DNA from: Ancylonema sp.
Taxonomy: Eukaryota
Direction of reading: 5' to 3'
DNA length: 60,954 nucleotides
Assembly: GCA_050230475.1 (NCBI GenBank)
Contig: JBFLGF010000194.1
Location: 1 to 60,954, forward strand
Of this stretch, positions 36,304 through 50,847 are shown piece after piece (within the stretch, counting starts at the first letter, position 1; the number at the start of each line of letters is the position of its first letter). Both the position numbers and the translations under genes were made by a program. The notes below the pieces were generated by a model. It was given only the letters and a program-made list of their open reading frames with translations. It was not told the origin of the DNA and did not search any database.

Positions 36304-39300
36304 AGTAGTCACTTCCGTGCCACCCGGCACGCACACAAGACTTTTGCTACGAAGCAAACAGTCAACCCTGGCTTCCACCTAAGTACTTCCACGTGCTACT
36401 CATCGGTGACATTTAAATCTGCTATACGATACCTTTGCACAAAAAGGAGCTGGAACGGCGGATGGAGCAGCAGTACTTCTGCTGCAGATGTATGATTTTA
36501 CGTGCTTCTGCAGGAAGGCAACGTAGCTGATGTTGGTGAAGGACTTGGTGAAGCGCAAAAGAGGCGAGGACAGCAGGAAAACCCCTGATTCGAAGCCCGA
36601 CAATATTTGCATATCAGAGCGGTGAATCTCCGCGCGCGCGCAATGCTCTCCTTGGCTCTGGCAAACACAATTGCACGCACCCTGCGTTCACGATACCGAA
36701 TTTCAGTGTCTACCGGTATAAACCATGTCCGCCTTTCCAGTGTATGGAATGGTTGACACTCAGGGTCAACGTCAAATAGATTCGGATATGGCGCAATCGA
36801 GTCTGTTTTTCGTCACAGTTCTGCAGCTAATCGCCAGCACGCTTGTGAAATTCTCGCAGCGACGGAATGCGAACGCTTTTCTCACCCGCGTAGCTTCCCG
36901 GCTGGAGGTTTCTATACAAGGCAACATGCAGGGCAATTTTGGTCTTGGTGATTGCTGATGGCAGTCAGAACTGCGATAATATCTCTTACTTTTGCACCTG
37001 TCTTAATACTCTATGAGCCGCTTGCTTACAAGCGTAATGTGAAATATCAGCAAGTGCGGATTTCCAGTTCGGGTTGGAAACAGGAGGAAATCCTCTCCGG
37101 CGTACAGTAATTGAAAACAAAACGACAAATTGTGACCAAGTTTACAGGTTTATTTCGAGTGAACTGCAATGTAGTTCCTGAATTTTATCGGAAGCCATGT
37201 AATCAATAAAATATAGGTTCACACCATTCCTGCCCTGGGTAGTCCTCAGAACAGCAGCTCCTTGATTTCTCCATTTTGGTATCTTCACACCGAAATTTAT
37301 CTGCAAAAAAACGTCAGCAGGGAAGGTGCGCCGGGAGAGTTCTCTGTCTGGATGGTGAAAGTGACAGCTATGGCTGAATAGATTCGATATTTATTCCAAA
37401 ACAAATTCTGTGTGCTACAGGAGATAAGCAGAGTCTCAACAGGCAGAAAATGTTGAGACTATGACTATGACTATGCCTATGAATATGACTATGAGTATGT
37501 TTTTTCAGTGAATTTTCATCAATGCATTCATGCATCAATTTCAGATCGGTAAATCTACAGTTTAATTTTTGCTTATTTCATCGCCATCAGTAATGATTAT
37601 TTATGACCCTTGTCCCCCCTTGCTTTAAGTTTGCACTTAAAGCAGTCTTTATTTTGGCTTCAAGTCTGTGCCAACTTGTCCATGCATAAGATTGGCATGG
37701 TATAACCAGCCAGCCATAAACATCTTCAGAGGATATGCAGACATAATATAGCCTTACATATCGGTGATTCGCGTATTGCTAGGTTCTCTTTTGATAACTG
37801 TCCTTGGGCGTACAAACTTGTGAGGATGATGATGCTCACTTCACGACTCTTACCAGGGTTTGCAGGCTGACATTCACGTGCCAGCGCGGCCAATCCCACA
37901 ACCGCCAGACGTCTTTTGTCAGGTCCTTATGAGGGGACAGGACGTAGCCTGACTGTGAATTGTGCTCCTGAGGAGATATGGAAGTCTGAGTGTCATATGT
38001 TCTGTTGATCGTAATCGCTGCGTCCAGGTTGTCAAATGGGCCAGATGATCACATGTTATGTGGTGACCAAGCTACTCGGGCATGGCTCAGGTCGACGTTG
38101 GATAATGAGATTGCATACGGTCAATGAATTTTGGTGATAAGAAAAGGGCACATGACGGATATGGGATAACAGTATTTAAATCCATGCGAGTGTGTGAGGA
38201 TTCTAAAATGATGGCAAGAATAATAGAGGTCAGAGTTATGGGATGTATTTTGCGAATTTCCTACTCCTACACTGTATCTAGTATATGTGACATTAAAAAT
38301 GTTTATACACATCACCAATACACATTTTTGAAGCTCATGCTTAACTGTATGAAAAGTATGCAAAGTGATTAATCTTCTCTTTCTCTGGTTCAAGAGAGTA
38401 TGGAATGTACTTACGATATTGGGGACAAAATGATCAGCTAACAGCATATTAAAAAAAACCAATTTTTTTATCAACATCAAGCCAGTCTGCCCTACACATA
38501 AAAAAGAAAGCAGCTCTGGTTATCACTGGATAAACATTCTTTGACATCTCCCTGACCAACCTCTGAATAATCTGCTTACCCAGATACTTACAAGATGTCA
38601 TCTCCACAAGTATCGACGGAAGTAACATGAGTGACCAGGCAACAAATAGCTACACTACACGACACCGAAAAACAATCAAACATTTGGTAAAAGTCTTCTA
38701 CGGAACACACCTCACCACATACTCATCATTCTCGTGAAGAACTTTGTAGTGCACATTATCACCCTCCGCATTCCTGTTAAATTGTGTGCAAAACCATGAC
38801 GCATCTAGAGTTCAGAGCCATGTGTCGCACGTACGAGCAGATGCACGTGCAAATCACCTCATGCAGCTCGTGCAAATTGCAACATCCGTGTAGAGCAGCC
38901 GCAGGAAAAATGAGTATTGAGCGACTGCAGCCGAAGCACTTTTGAGCAGCTGTAAGCTCTTAAAGAGTCATTACACTTACGGGTTGCCTACACGCTGCAA
39001 GACAAGCACTAACGGGAACTATCCGAATAATAATTCCTCCGCCTTTCCTCCCCATCGTCCAAGCGTGTCTGACACGGTGAGGCGACTCATGTACTTCTTT
39101 CGCCGCGATATCACGGCCGTTGCGATAGTCGAAAGTTGGCGAGCGCGAGAAAGTACTCGGGCACACCGATATCACTGATAAGGATAATGATGCTGTATTT
39201 GGCTACATACATACGACATTATAGAATTTGCGAGCAGCTGAGAATATAAACATGACGCCCCTCTGTTTGCTAACACAGGTATGTGATTCCGTGCCACGTC

Positions 39301-41202
39301 GACCATTAATTGTATCACAATAACACACCACTTCAGGGTTATTTTTCCTGACTTGATTTCTTAAGCTGTCTTGTTTGCTTCTGCGTAGCTTCCGCTTCAA
39401 CTGTATGGATTTTTCCATTTATATTGAATAGACGGTGAGAGCAGCATGACCAAATCAGATCATCAATTGAGACTGGCAAGCAAGCCTTGACTGGGCTTAG
39501 TATGAATGTCATCAACATGATTGATTCGCGCATGAAGCAGCTGCAGGCACGACTGCAGGCTGATTACTGTGTATGGGTGACTCGGGAACAGTATGTCGTT
39601 CACTCCTACCACAGATATAGGGCAAGTTAAAAATGCTGATTCCAGTAGCCCTAAGGTGACCTCTCAAGCCTGTTGCGAATTTTGAATTTTGAATTTCATA
39701 GTCATGACAAGCGGTGTAGACCCATTCTTGTTGCCTTCTACTTGTAGTCGGAGCACTACTATGCAGCAATGGCAGTAGATATGAGCACTGACCGTTCTGG
39801 CTCAGTTGGGAAATGTCTATGTTATTTACGTCTTGATACTGTAAACATTGCTTCAATTGACAGAGGTCCAACGTGTTTCTATTTTAAATCAGCAATTGTC
39901 CTATTGCTTTTGTGCTCATTGCAAACTAAAATTGAGGTACATCCTTTTGCGCTCTCTTCCCATCAGCGTCCTGCAGGTGACCGCAGGTGATCGCAATTGA
40001 CTAGTACTGATGCCATAAATGTATGTGCTGTCCAAGAAATTGTTTCGACCTACATGCGCTGTTTTCGGTTTCTTGTGGATCATCATCATGTATTGGTTGG
40101 TGTATGTGGAGCTGTCAAGACAAACTACCTCAGTCCATGTTGCACATTTTTAGTTCCACTCATTTTCCATCATCAATTAGTTCCGTAAAAAATGCCAACG
40201 GATATGATACACCACGTTCACAATGTCTTGTGACAATGTCCTATCAAATTGCAAGTGCACGTCACCATACTCACGACCCATTTCATTAGTTAAATTCAAG
40301 CCTACCATGAAAAAAGTGTAGAAAACAGTGCATGGACATGTTGTTGTTGTGGTTCATCAATAATCATGTTGTGTAGAAGAAGCATTGTTAATCGTGTTGT
40401 ACATAAATGAATAGATGTATCTATCGTCTAGAAAATCTATGTCGGTGCACTTTTTTTAGTTGCGCATGTTCAACACGAAGGGAAATTTAACATAGAAACG
40501 TTTAACTATCGAAGTGATATTTTGCGAATATTTTGAAATGTTAACTTATTATTGTTATTTTTGAGATTGTAGAACAAGGTTATTGGTACCTTTAAGATGA
40601 AGCTCCTAAAATATTTCGAATAAGGCTTAAATTCGAGTTAAAACAGTTAATTTTGAAACAACTACAAGTTTGCCTCATGCAAGATAGGTAATCGTTCACA
40701 TATAAAAGTTGCCTTAATATCAGCAACTCTAGTAAAAGAATAAGTTCCACAACAGAGCCCCAAAATGTACACAATGTATAATGCCATGTTTGACTGATTT
40801 TGTAAAAATACACATATTTTGGATAGGGTACAATTCCCAAAATAACAAACTCGTCAGTCAAATTGAAGGCCCAATGACGCACTTGTGGCTTTAAGCTTTA
40901 AACTTTAAGCTTCACATTTTTGCACACGCAAATATGAGGCATGGTCTTGGTGAGCCATCATGTGAAAGCATTGACAATACGATTAAATACTCCTCACGTG
41001 CACAATCGTTAAGGCACACGCACGTTACAGATATCAAAATTGTGTGTACCTACGTGTCACCGCCAAATTATCTTCGCTGTCGACACTCGCACACCACGTT
41101 ATGAGTGCCAAAAAAATGGCGATTTCCTGCCTAATGCAAGTCATGATGTCATACCATGTGTCAAATGTGCCGACTAGAAACGGGGTAAAAAATTGACAAA
41201 TA

Positions 41203-41237
<35 letters not shown>

Positions 41238-41963
41238 ATTAAATTATGAGAGTTGTCAATACGAATTCGCATTTATTTACATGCAAATCGGTCAATAGGT
41301 CGAAGTTGTATGAAGAAAAAAGTAACGACATCCCCGTATTGCAGGCAAAGTTTTAGATTTCCCTCCTTTCAGGCATGTTCGAAATAGGAAACATGCCTGG
41401 CACGCATATACACATTTTAGACATAGCCACGTTATAGGCACAAATTTCCCATGTCCAAAGGTGTGTGTTACTGATATATATACTCAACATATTTTCCTCA
41501 TGAAAATGCAAGAAAATTCGTACTTTGTAATAAATATATACATGAATCGCATTCACTTCAAATAAATGAAACATTCACTAAATTTTGTCAACATGTCGAT
41601 AAAATATATAAGCGAACGCAACACGTCTCTACGACAATTACACAACTATGTTATTTTTGTGAGGACCATACTTCCTCAAAAAATCAAAAAACATACGACG
41701 AACTCTATTCTACCCGGAGGCTCAAACCAGTCATTATATCTCATCTAAATCCACGGTGTTTGTACAACGTATTTCAACAATACTAGACTTAAAATATCAG
41801 CGGGGTCATATTCATCTCCACAAATATACATCATTGGGCGTCAGACCATATGTGTAAGGCCAATTCTATAGAGGTATGGCAAAAAAATCCTGACTTGCAT
41901 ACTTTTTGCCACTCCCTTATCCCCCATGGCAAAGGTAAAGACACCGGCTACATATGCCCTTGC

Positions 41964-42551
41964 TCAAGCAACCGCCGCATTTTTAAATGCTCGTACAAAC
42001 GCTTCAGGCGGTTGTGCACCGGACAGCTCAGTATCGCCAATCTGCCACAGCCACGAGATAGTCGGTTAAGAGAAAGACACACAAATGGCAAACTCACATC
42101 CATGCTCACAAATCTTAACTGCCAACGTCTCAAACCACAAGGATTTTTTTTCAACCGAAAAATCGGAATATAAATCGGAGATGGATTTGGAAATGAAGCA
42201 AACTGCTTCAGAGAATAAAAAGGCAACAATCACTCATCGTCACCAAAAATCCGCACCCAAAGATTCATGCTTGCCCGTAATGCCCGTAAAAAGTAATGAG
42301 TAAAAAGTTAAAAGTATGATGTATCAGTGTTCAAGAATAGACTCAATCTCCCTTCCAGATCCCCGTGCCACGAAACTCACCCAAAGGGCGTTTCAAAAAA
42401 ATCCATTGGTTCAAATACTCACCCCTTTCTCAGATCGCATTTCCAGATCGAATTGTCGTTTCCATGCGGAACATAAGTTTCAGTTTGAACTCTCTCTGAA
42501 GTGAGGCACCCCTCGCACCCCTTTTGCGTACTTCTGCACCGCTCCCATCAC
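41964..42551 (-). pseudogene. Partial duplicate (last two exons) of the DsbA/FrnE gene, copy A
   Basis: 42551-42495 encodes VMGAVQKYAKGVRGVPHFR with the donor changed from gtgagt to gagagt; 42041-41964 encodes IGDTELSGAQPPEAFVRAFKNAAVA*. Part of a diverged duplication, about 40035-42754 versus 45523-47714. Confidence 0.85.
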
Positions 42552-42863
42552 CTGCCACCCCACAGTCACCCGCCATAACCCCTACCAATCAATATTCCAT
42601 ACCAATAGGTTGCTCCCGCCAAACCATTACATCTCCATCGTTGATCCTTCTATCAGACAATCTCTCATTTTTTCTTGTGACCACTTTTGGTTAATTGTGC
42701 ACGACAGCCAATACTCCCTTGCTCCACGCGTCAAACCCATCATACCATCATACCATCTGTGTCGGGCACGTTACGTCCAGACCTATAGCAATCCCTTGCC
42801 ATAGGTAAACTTGCAAGGACCGAATTTTTCCCCTTTCGATTTTCAATCGAACTACAAAAAAAA

Positions 42864-43215
42864 ATGGATTCGGTCAACGCAGTCAAGCTGTACGATGGAG
42901 ATGGGGGGAATGCTCAGACAGAGTTCATTCTAGATTCTAAAGTTGGCTGGGAGCAGGTCGTTAACAACCCCAATCTCCACGTGACTGAAGGAGTGTCGCA
43001 ATATGAGTATTCGAAAACACTCCTGCCCAAACTCACAGGGCAAGCGAAGAAGCTGCTCACGCTGTACTTAAAAGAATGGGATTGGAGGATCCCCACAAAC
43101 CCCAACTTACACGCTGCGAGATTACGTGAGAGAGATCGCATGGTTTGGCGTGCGTTTTACAAGCAGCGAGCAGTGCATGACATCAGGGCGACTACTGTTG
43201 TCAAGCAACCACCAC
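42864..43215 (+). mobile_element. Truncated ORF, possibly the N-terminus of a retrotransposon gag
   Basis: ATG ORF MDSVNAVKLYDGDG..FI...LLPKLTGQAK resembles the gag capsid pattern (YDG..F / LxGxA). It is cut by the duplication boundary at 43216. Confidence 0.35.
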
Positions 43216-44582
43216 TGTATGAAGAAAAAAGTAACGACATCCCCGTATTGCAGGCAAAGTTTTAGATTTCCCTCCTTTCAGGCATGTTCGAAATAGGAAA
43301 CATGCCTGGCACGCATATACACATTTTAGACATAGCCACGTTATAGGCACAAATTTCCCATGTCCAAAGGTGTGTGTTACTGATATATATACTCAACATA
43401 TTTTCCTCATGAAAATGCAAGAAAATTCGTACTTTGTAATAAATATATACATGAATCGCATTCACTTCAAATAAATGAAACATTCACTAAATTTTGTCAA
43501 CATGTCGATAAAATATATAAGCGAACGCAACACGTCTCTACGACAATTACACAACTATGTTATTTTTGTGAGGACCATACTTCCTCAAAAAATCAAAAAA
43601 CATACGACGAACTCTATTCTACCCGGAGGCTCAAACCAGTCATTATATCTCATCTAAATCCACGGTGTTTGTACAACGTATTTCAACAATACTAGACTTA
43701 AAATATCAGCGGGGTCATATTCATCTCCACAAATATACATCATTGGGCGTCAGACCATATGTGTAAGGCCAATTCTATAGAGGTATGGCAAAAAAATCCT
43801 GACTTGCATACTTTTTGCCACTCCCTTATCCCCCATGGCAAAGGTAAAGACACCGGCTACATATGCCCTTGCTCAAGCAACCGCCGCATTTTTAAATGCT
43901 CGTACAAACGCTTCAGGCGGTTGTGCACCGGACAGCTCAGTATCGCCAATCTGCCACAGCCACGAGATAGTCGGTTAAGAGAAAGACACACAAATGGCAA
44001 ACTCACATCCATGCTCACAAATCTTAACTGCCAACGTCTCAAACCACAAGGATTTTTTTTCAACCGAAAAATCGGAATATAAATCGGAGATGGATTTGGA
44101 AATGAAGCAAACTGCTTCAGAGAATAAAAAGGCAACAATCACTCATCGTCACCAAAAATCCGCACCCAAAGATTCATGCTTGCCCGTAATGCCCGTAAAA
44201 AGTAATGAGTAAAAAGTTAAAAGTATGATGTATCAGTGTTCAAGAATAGACTCAATCTCCCTTCCAGATCCCCGTGCCACGAAACTCACCCAAAGGGCGT
44301 TTCAAAAAAATCCATTGGTTCAAATACTCACCCCTTTCTCAGATCGCATTTCCAGATCGAATTGTCGTTTCCATGCGGAACATAAGTTTCAGTTTGAACT
44401 CTCTCTGAAGTGAGGCACCCCTCGCACCCCTTTTGCGTACTTCTGCACCGCTCCCATCACCTGCCACCCCACAGTCACCCGCCATAACCCCTACCAATCA
44501 ATATTCCATACCAATAGGTTGCTCCCGCCAAACCATTACATCTCCATCGTTGATCCTTCTATCAGACAATCTCTCATTTTTT
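43216..44582. repeat. Apparently identical 1367-bp direct repeat of 41307-42673, including DsbA exon copy B (44460-44404, 43950-43873); ends at an assembly gap
   Basis: Constant offset of 1909 and identical ORF translations in the track. Terminates at n44583. Confidence 0.93.
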
Positions 44583-46924
44583 NACGTGTCCCTTGGAAGT
44601 CTTTGTCATTAGCGGCTCGAATAGAATCTAAGGCCGTAGTTATTACGAACGGAATGATTTTTTCGCCACCTACAGCACTATTAACGGCACTAAAGGCGGA
44701 CTGTACTGACAGCTGCATTACCAGGCGGCTCTTGGATAGTTTACAATTTCCATTTCAGCGCCTAGCAATAGTCACACCGCGTTAACGGCGCCGTACATAA
44801 TTCTGCGAGGATGCGACAAGGCACGAAAGGCAGATTTGTAACTTATGTGAGTACTGGTCAGTAGCTTCGAGCGTACAACACTACTACAGTACCCATTTAA
44901 ATTATACTCAGCTGCAGGGAAGGGTGTAACGACGTTTGTCCTAGTTTACTCGTCTATGAGTGGTTTAGCCCATAAGTCGATCAGTTGAGGTGGCTGAGCT
45001 AGCGCCGCAAGTAGATACGGAAGGATCGGTAGCTTCCTAGCTACTAGCATGATTGGTTTGCTGAGCACTGTACATTCTATAACCTTTGTGATCAGACCTT
45101 AATCGGTCATATCACACCTCGGGAACCTGAACAAATTACCTCAAATCTTTGTGTAATTTGTCTTTGTGTTCGGCTTGCATTCATTCTTTGTGAACTGCTT
45201 TCGGTTAACGATCGATTGTGCATCACATCACTATACAATTTACAAGATTCGGGCACTCTACGCCCAGGCCGACGGCAATGCCTTGCCATAGGTGTACTCG
45301 AAAATAATAGTTGGCATATGATGGACTTGCATAATGTTTGTATAATGCTTTATATTGTCGCGCACGTGTGTGTTGCGAACCTCGACTAGGTCATGATTCC
45401 ATGCGTAGACATTTCATGTGATGACATGAAACGCGATTCGCACGTGAAGTACACATTACAACAATGTTCGTTATAACGAATGATTCACATGTGGGAATGA
45501 GGCACGATGTCAAATGGTGCAACAAAACTATCTCGACCTACATGCTTTGTTGTTGGTTTCTTGTGTATCATCATCATGTACTACTTGGTGTTTATGCAGC
45601 TGTCAAAAAAATTTACCGTTCTTGTGTAAAAATTGCCAACATGTGTGATAGACCACGTTAACAATTTCTTGTGACAATGTCTTGTCACAATGTTTTGTGA
45701 CAATGTCCTGTCAAATTGCAAGTGCACATTACTGTACCCATGGCACATTACGATTGTTAAAACATAAGCCTACCATGAAATAAGTTTAGAAAACACAACA
45801 TGTACATGTTGTTGTGGTTTATGAAGAATCATGTTTTGTAGAAGAATCGTTGACACTTGTGTTGTATGTGAATGAATAGCGCGACTATAAAGCTGTGAAC
45901 TGCGCATTTTTGCACATATAGATGACGATTTGATAGATGAAGGGAAAAGTTGAGGAATAGTATAATATCATTGACAATACAATGAGTACTCGTTACAAGC
46001 ACACTCGTTGTAGGCACAACTGCGTTGTAGATACCAAAATCGTGCGAACCGATATTTCCCTGCCAAATCGTTTTTGTTATACGCACTACCACATCTTGTT
46101 ATGAGTACAAAGAAAATGGCGATTTTGTGTCTATGATGAGTTACGGTATCATAACAGGTGTCAACGTCAACTAATTACTCGGGAAGAAATCGACAAATAT
46201 TGTATATTTTTGATGATAATATAAATCTGTATTTATTCAAGCGTATATCGGCCATAAAGTCGAAAGTACCAAAAAAAATGAACCGACATGGCAGACAATG
46301 TTTCAGTGCTGAAGGAATTTAGTCAGATTTCCTTCGTTACAGGTATGTTTGACTAAGTAAACATACTTTTAGGGTATATGCACGTTTCAAACACAACCAT
46401 AATGTTGGCACAATTTTCCCATGTCCCAAAGGTGTGTGTATAACGAGTATTTACTGTACAAACTTTCCTCTTGAAAATGCAAAAGAATTTTTGCTTTGTA
46501 ATATACACATGAGTCGCATTTCCTTCATCTAAATGATGCATTCACAACATTTTATCAACATACTGATAAAGATAGGGAACGCAACACATTTCCACGAAAA
46601 TTGCACAACTGTGTTATTTCTTTGGGGACCATACTTATCCAAAAAATCAAAAACGTACGACGAACTATATTCTACCCAAAGGCCCAAACTAGTTATGGTA
46701 TCTAGTCCAAATCCACGGTGTATGTACAATGTATTTCAACAATACTAGACTTAAATATCAGCCAGGTCAAATTCATCTCCACAAATGCATATTATTGGGT
46801 GGTAAACTATGTGTATAAAACAATCTTTGTAGAGGAGCGTCCAACAAAACCTGACTTGCATGCTTTTTACCACTCCCTTATCCCCCATGGCAAAGGCAAA
46901 GGCAACGGCTAGATATGCCCTTGC

Positions 46925-49705
46925 TCAAGCGGCCGCCGCATTTTTGAATGCTCGTACAAATGCTACGGGCGGTTGTGCGCCGGATAACTCAGTATCGCCA
47001 ATCTGCCACGGTCAAGGGATAGAAGATTAAGAGAAAGGCAAACAAATGGCAAACTCACATCAAACGTCACAAATCTTAACTGCCAACTAGTCAAAGCACC
47101 AAAGTTTTGTTTCAACCAAACTATCGGAATATGAATCGGAAATAAAATTGGAAATGAAATAATCTGCTTTAGAATTGAGTAAAAGTAGCCGACGCGTCAC
47201 TCATCATCACCAAAAATTTACACCCAAAGATTCATGCTTGTTCGTAAATCACCAAAAAAAAAGTAAAAAGTAAAAAGTATGATAAATTAGTGTTCAAGAA
47301 TCAACTCAATCTCCCATCCTCCACATGATACAAAACTCACCCGAAGGGCATTTCAACAAATTCCATTTGCTCAAATACTCATCCCTTTCTCAGATCGCAT
47401 TGACAAAGCGAGTTCTCATTTCCATGCGGAATGTAAGTTTCAGTTTGGACTCACTCTAAAATGAGGCACCCCTCGCACCCCTTTTGCATACTTCTGCACC
47501 GCTTCCATCACCTGCCCACCCCATAGTCACCCACCGTAAACCCTATCGATCAATATTTCACACCAATTGGTAGCTCCTGCCACATGAGTATACCTAAATC
47601 GTCAATCCTTCTATTAAACAATCTCTCATTTTTTCTTGTGACCTCTATTGGTTAATCGTCGATGCAGGGGTGCACTCCCTTGCTTCACGCGTCGTACCCG
47701 TCATACCATCATACCCTTGTTACAACAAACATATCTTCGCTACGAGAACACTCTTCCAAATACAAGGACGAAAATCGCACAATATAATGAACTAGTGCCA
47801 ACTAATTGTGACTAATATTTATTTCCTATCTTGATGTTACCCTCACACATACATTCAAACCTCACCTCTGGCAGCCCAGCATTCGGATCATCCAGCCATG
47901 CCTCCGCCCCATCCACCCCAACCTTCTGAGCAGCCGCTACCAGCACCTCCCTGAACCCACACGCCAACAAAGGGCGATCGTCAATTTTTCATTCCCTCTT
48001 TCCGTTTATAACAAAAAGCGAGTCGCCACAAACCAACCAATGCGTCGTAGCCATTATACATCCCAAACGAAATTTATGTCTTACAAACAGCTGCCACCAG
48101 AAATGCATATCCTCCCATCCCCTCTCTCACATTTACCTCCCCTGACACCTCGATTGAGATGTTTCCCCTTCTTCCCCTCTCTATAGGCACACCGGTGTGA
48201 GCCTCTCACCTGTCTCCAAGGTACTTCTCCTGAGTGAAGTAGTTCAGAAATAGCTCCTCTACCAAAGCATTCTGTTTCACCACACCTTGTCGTCCCGCAA
48301 GTTCCAAAAGACGATGGCTGTCCACAGTACTGCCACTGGGGGGGGCGAAGGAGGCAAAAAGATTGGAAGCAAGATTGTGAACAAGGGAAGTGAGGAGGCG
48401 CATCGCAGCAGCCATGTCTCCGGTGTACAACCAAAGTTTGAGAATAGATCTTGTTGGTCAAAACGGACGGTCAAGAAAGGTGTTGCACTCTCGAGGACAT
48501 GAAATTCGCGTCAGAGATAATTCGACTTTAGTCGACTATGCACACCGACCGATGAAGTGAATAGTGTGAAACACAACAGCAAGGACTCTTTTACTATGTA
48601 TTGTCATCATCGCCAAATCGATTGCATCATTAATATCGCGAATTTCCGATACTTATATCATTCACTATCAATACCATATACCATACAATCATCACCATTG
48701 ACACCAATCACTACGTCGCTGGTTCTCATCTGATCGACTGCCATACCAAACAATCACAGACAGACACACACGGCCACAAGATTCCGGAAAGACCCCTCAC
48801 GTGTTTCCCCCCATCCTGTACTCCTGCCCATGCCCCGCAAACAGCGCCTTCATGTCTGCCACCATGGACTCCACCCTCGCCTTCCCAAACTTGTGGTTAT
48901 AGTATGCCGCCTTGTTTTCACCCTTCTTGGGAGCTTCAGGGTTGAGGAAGAAGGGGTGCCACCGCACCTGTGTGCATGCGTAGGTGTGGAGATACATAAA
49001 CATGTAAGATGGGAGACTGAGAAAATAGACGGCACAGGCATGATACTTCTGGGCGGAATTGCACTAAAATCTTACCAAGTAAGCGCACTCAAGTGCGGAT
49101 AAGATGTTGCAAACACAATTTCGCATATCTCGTCCCATAATCCGTCTGATCTCCGAGCCATGATGTTTGAGGCACACACTGCTCTACATAGCCAGGAGCA
49201 CTGTCTTCGCTGAGAATCGTTTCCCTTCCACCACTGCCAGTCCACATCTTTTTTGCTCTCACACGAGAGCGCACCGACCTGTACGTCGTACTTGTCTTTC
49301 ACCTCCTCTATCGCCCGCTCGATGTTCTTCTTGCCCACGTAACACCACGGGCAAACCGTGTCTGACGTCACATCCACCTGGATGCTCGGTTTCGCCGCTG
49401 CCATGTGGCCTACACTGAAGGTCCTCGGGGCCACTGCCAGCTGGATCGCGCTCTTCAAGGCTGCACAAAAGGAATCAAATAACGGTTGGTACAGGATGGA
49501 TGAAGGAGTGCAATGATAGTACAAGTCGCTGGTGATATCCGTAGCCTAAATTCGATGTCTCTGTACAGGTCTGCGACTTTCTATCAGATCATTGGTTTCT
49601 ATGTCTGTCGGTGTCGTAACATTGAACGACTCGCACCATAGTCTGTGTACTACGCCACCTCCGACCTTTCAGCGTGGCAGATGAACGAATTGCAGGAGGA
49701 AACAT
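46925..49705 (-). CDS. DsbA/FrnE-family thioredoxin-fold protein (multi-exon)
   Basis: Exons 49460-49279 (VTSDTVCPWCYVGKK, ATG 49404), 48967-48801 (VRWHPFFLNP), 48335-48210 (DSHRLL), 47950-47866, 47511-47455 (GVRGVPHF, cis-Pro loop) and 47002-46925 (LSGAQPP). An in-phase upstream exon 49705-49666 is probable. Confidence 0.88.
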
Positions 49706-50535
49706 TCGAGGAGCAGCACGTGAAAGGAACCTGTCTGCACCTGCGTCAGCATTCAGCAACTCATGTTTCTATTCGGTGACGTGGCTTCCTCAGTCTGCAT
49801 CTCCTTGCATCACGTGGAGGACTGCATGGAAGGCGAAAAGCGCTCCTTCCCAATAGGTGGGCGGAAGGTTCGGACGTTCCTTCGTAGCGCAGAGTCAGCT
49901 TGCAGCCATACGGACCACTCCATCCTGATCTGGGAAAAACGAACCAAAACCAAAAGCGTCAAATAACCGCGCACTATTACGTTAACTTTGGCCGAACTAA
50001 CTAACACTTCATTATTATACAAATATGTTGCTGAATCTCCCACACCATGCATTGTACCTAGTTGCAATATTGATGTACATAACGTAGACATTGTAATACT
50101 TGGCTAGGGATGCATTAGCCTAGATGTCGATGCGGCCGCCTAGCGGCGCCGCAAAGAAGATGCTCATCCGATAGGATCATAACCAAATTGATGACTATAT
50201 AACTTGTACAACTTGTTCTAAGACCTTAACAGGTCTTTGTAGTCCTCGTGAACCGTTGATAAATTCTTGACTTATAATATAGTGTGTTGAGTATTTTATC
50301 GTGTTTCGGCTGACAATTACCAATCTCGCATACTTCTATATCAAGTGTGAATTTGCATTTGCATTTACCACACTAGTTCGGGCACCTTATGTTAAGTCCG
50401 ACATGCATTGTCTTGCCTTAGGAAACTAGAAATACATATTTGTCATATTGTATACGCATATGAGATGCTTGCAAGTGATGTATGATATCTCGCACGTGTG
50501 TAAGGCGGACCATGGCTATGTCCCGACGCTATGTG

Positions 50536-50847
50536 TGTTAGGACCACTCTCTCTAGTCACTAGTGTTCCTATAGCGAGTACTCCTAACCCGCACTTGTGT
50601 GCTTCTAGTCTAGTGTTCTGTTGTGGCTTTAGTCTATTGTTCAGTTGTGCTTTTAGACTAGTGCTTCTAGTTCTCTTATTAGTGTGTTGAGTGTTTATGT
50701 TTCATTTAGTATATAGCCGTGTTAGGAGCTACACTTCATTTGCTCCTAAAAACTCATGTTACTACTTCTACTTATTAATAGTGCATTTATTATTACTTCC
50801 ACTTGTGCTTTTATGTAAGTGCGCTTTCTTCATATCGCGCCATTACA
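50536..50847 (+). mobile_element. Solo LTR (312 bp) with 5-bp TSD ATGTG
   Basis: atgtg|tgttaggaccac...cattaca|atgtg. The uninterrupted site (ctatgtgggtacatcca) is seen in the family R copy at about 20466. The first 12 nt equal those of the chromovirus 5' LTR. Confidence 0.9.

Noticed and set aside
36400..39990. Scattered exon-like segments of a possible further gene
   Set aside because: Could not assemble a phase-consistent model or recognise a protein family.
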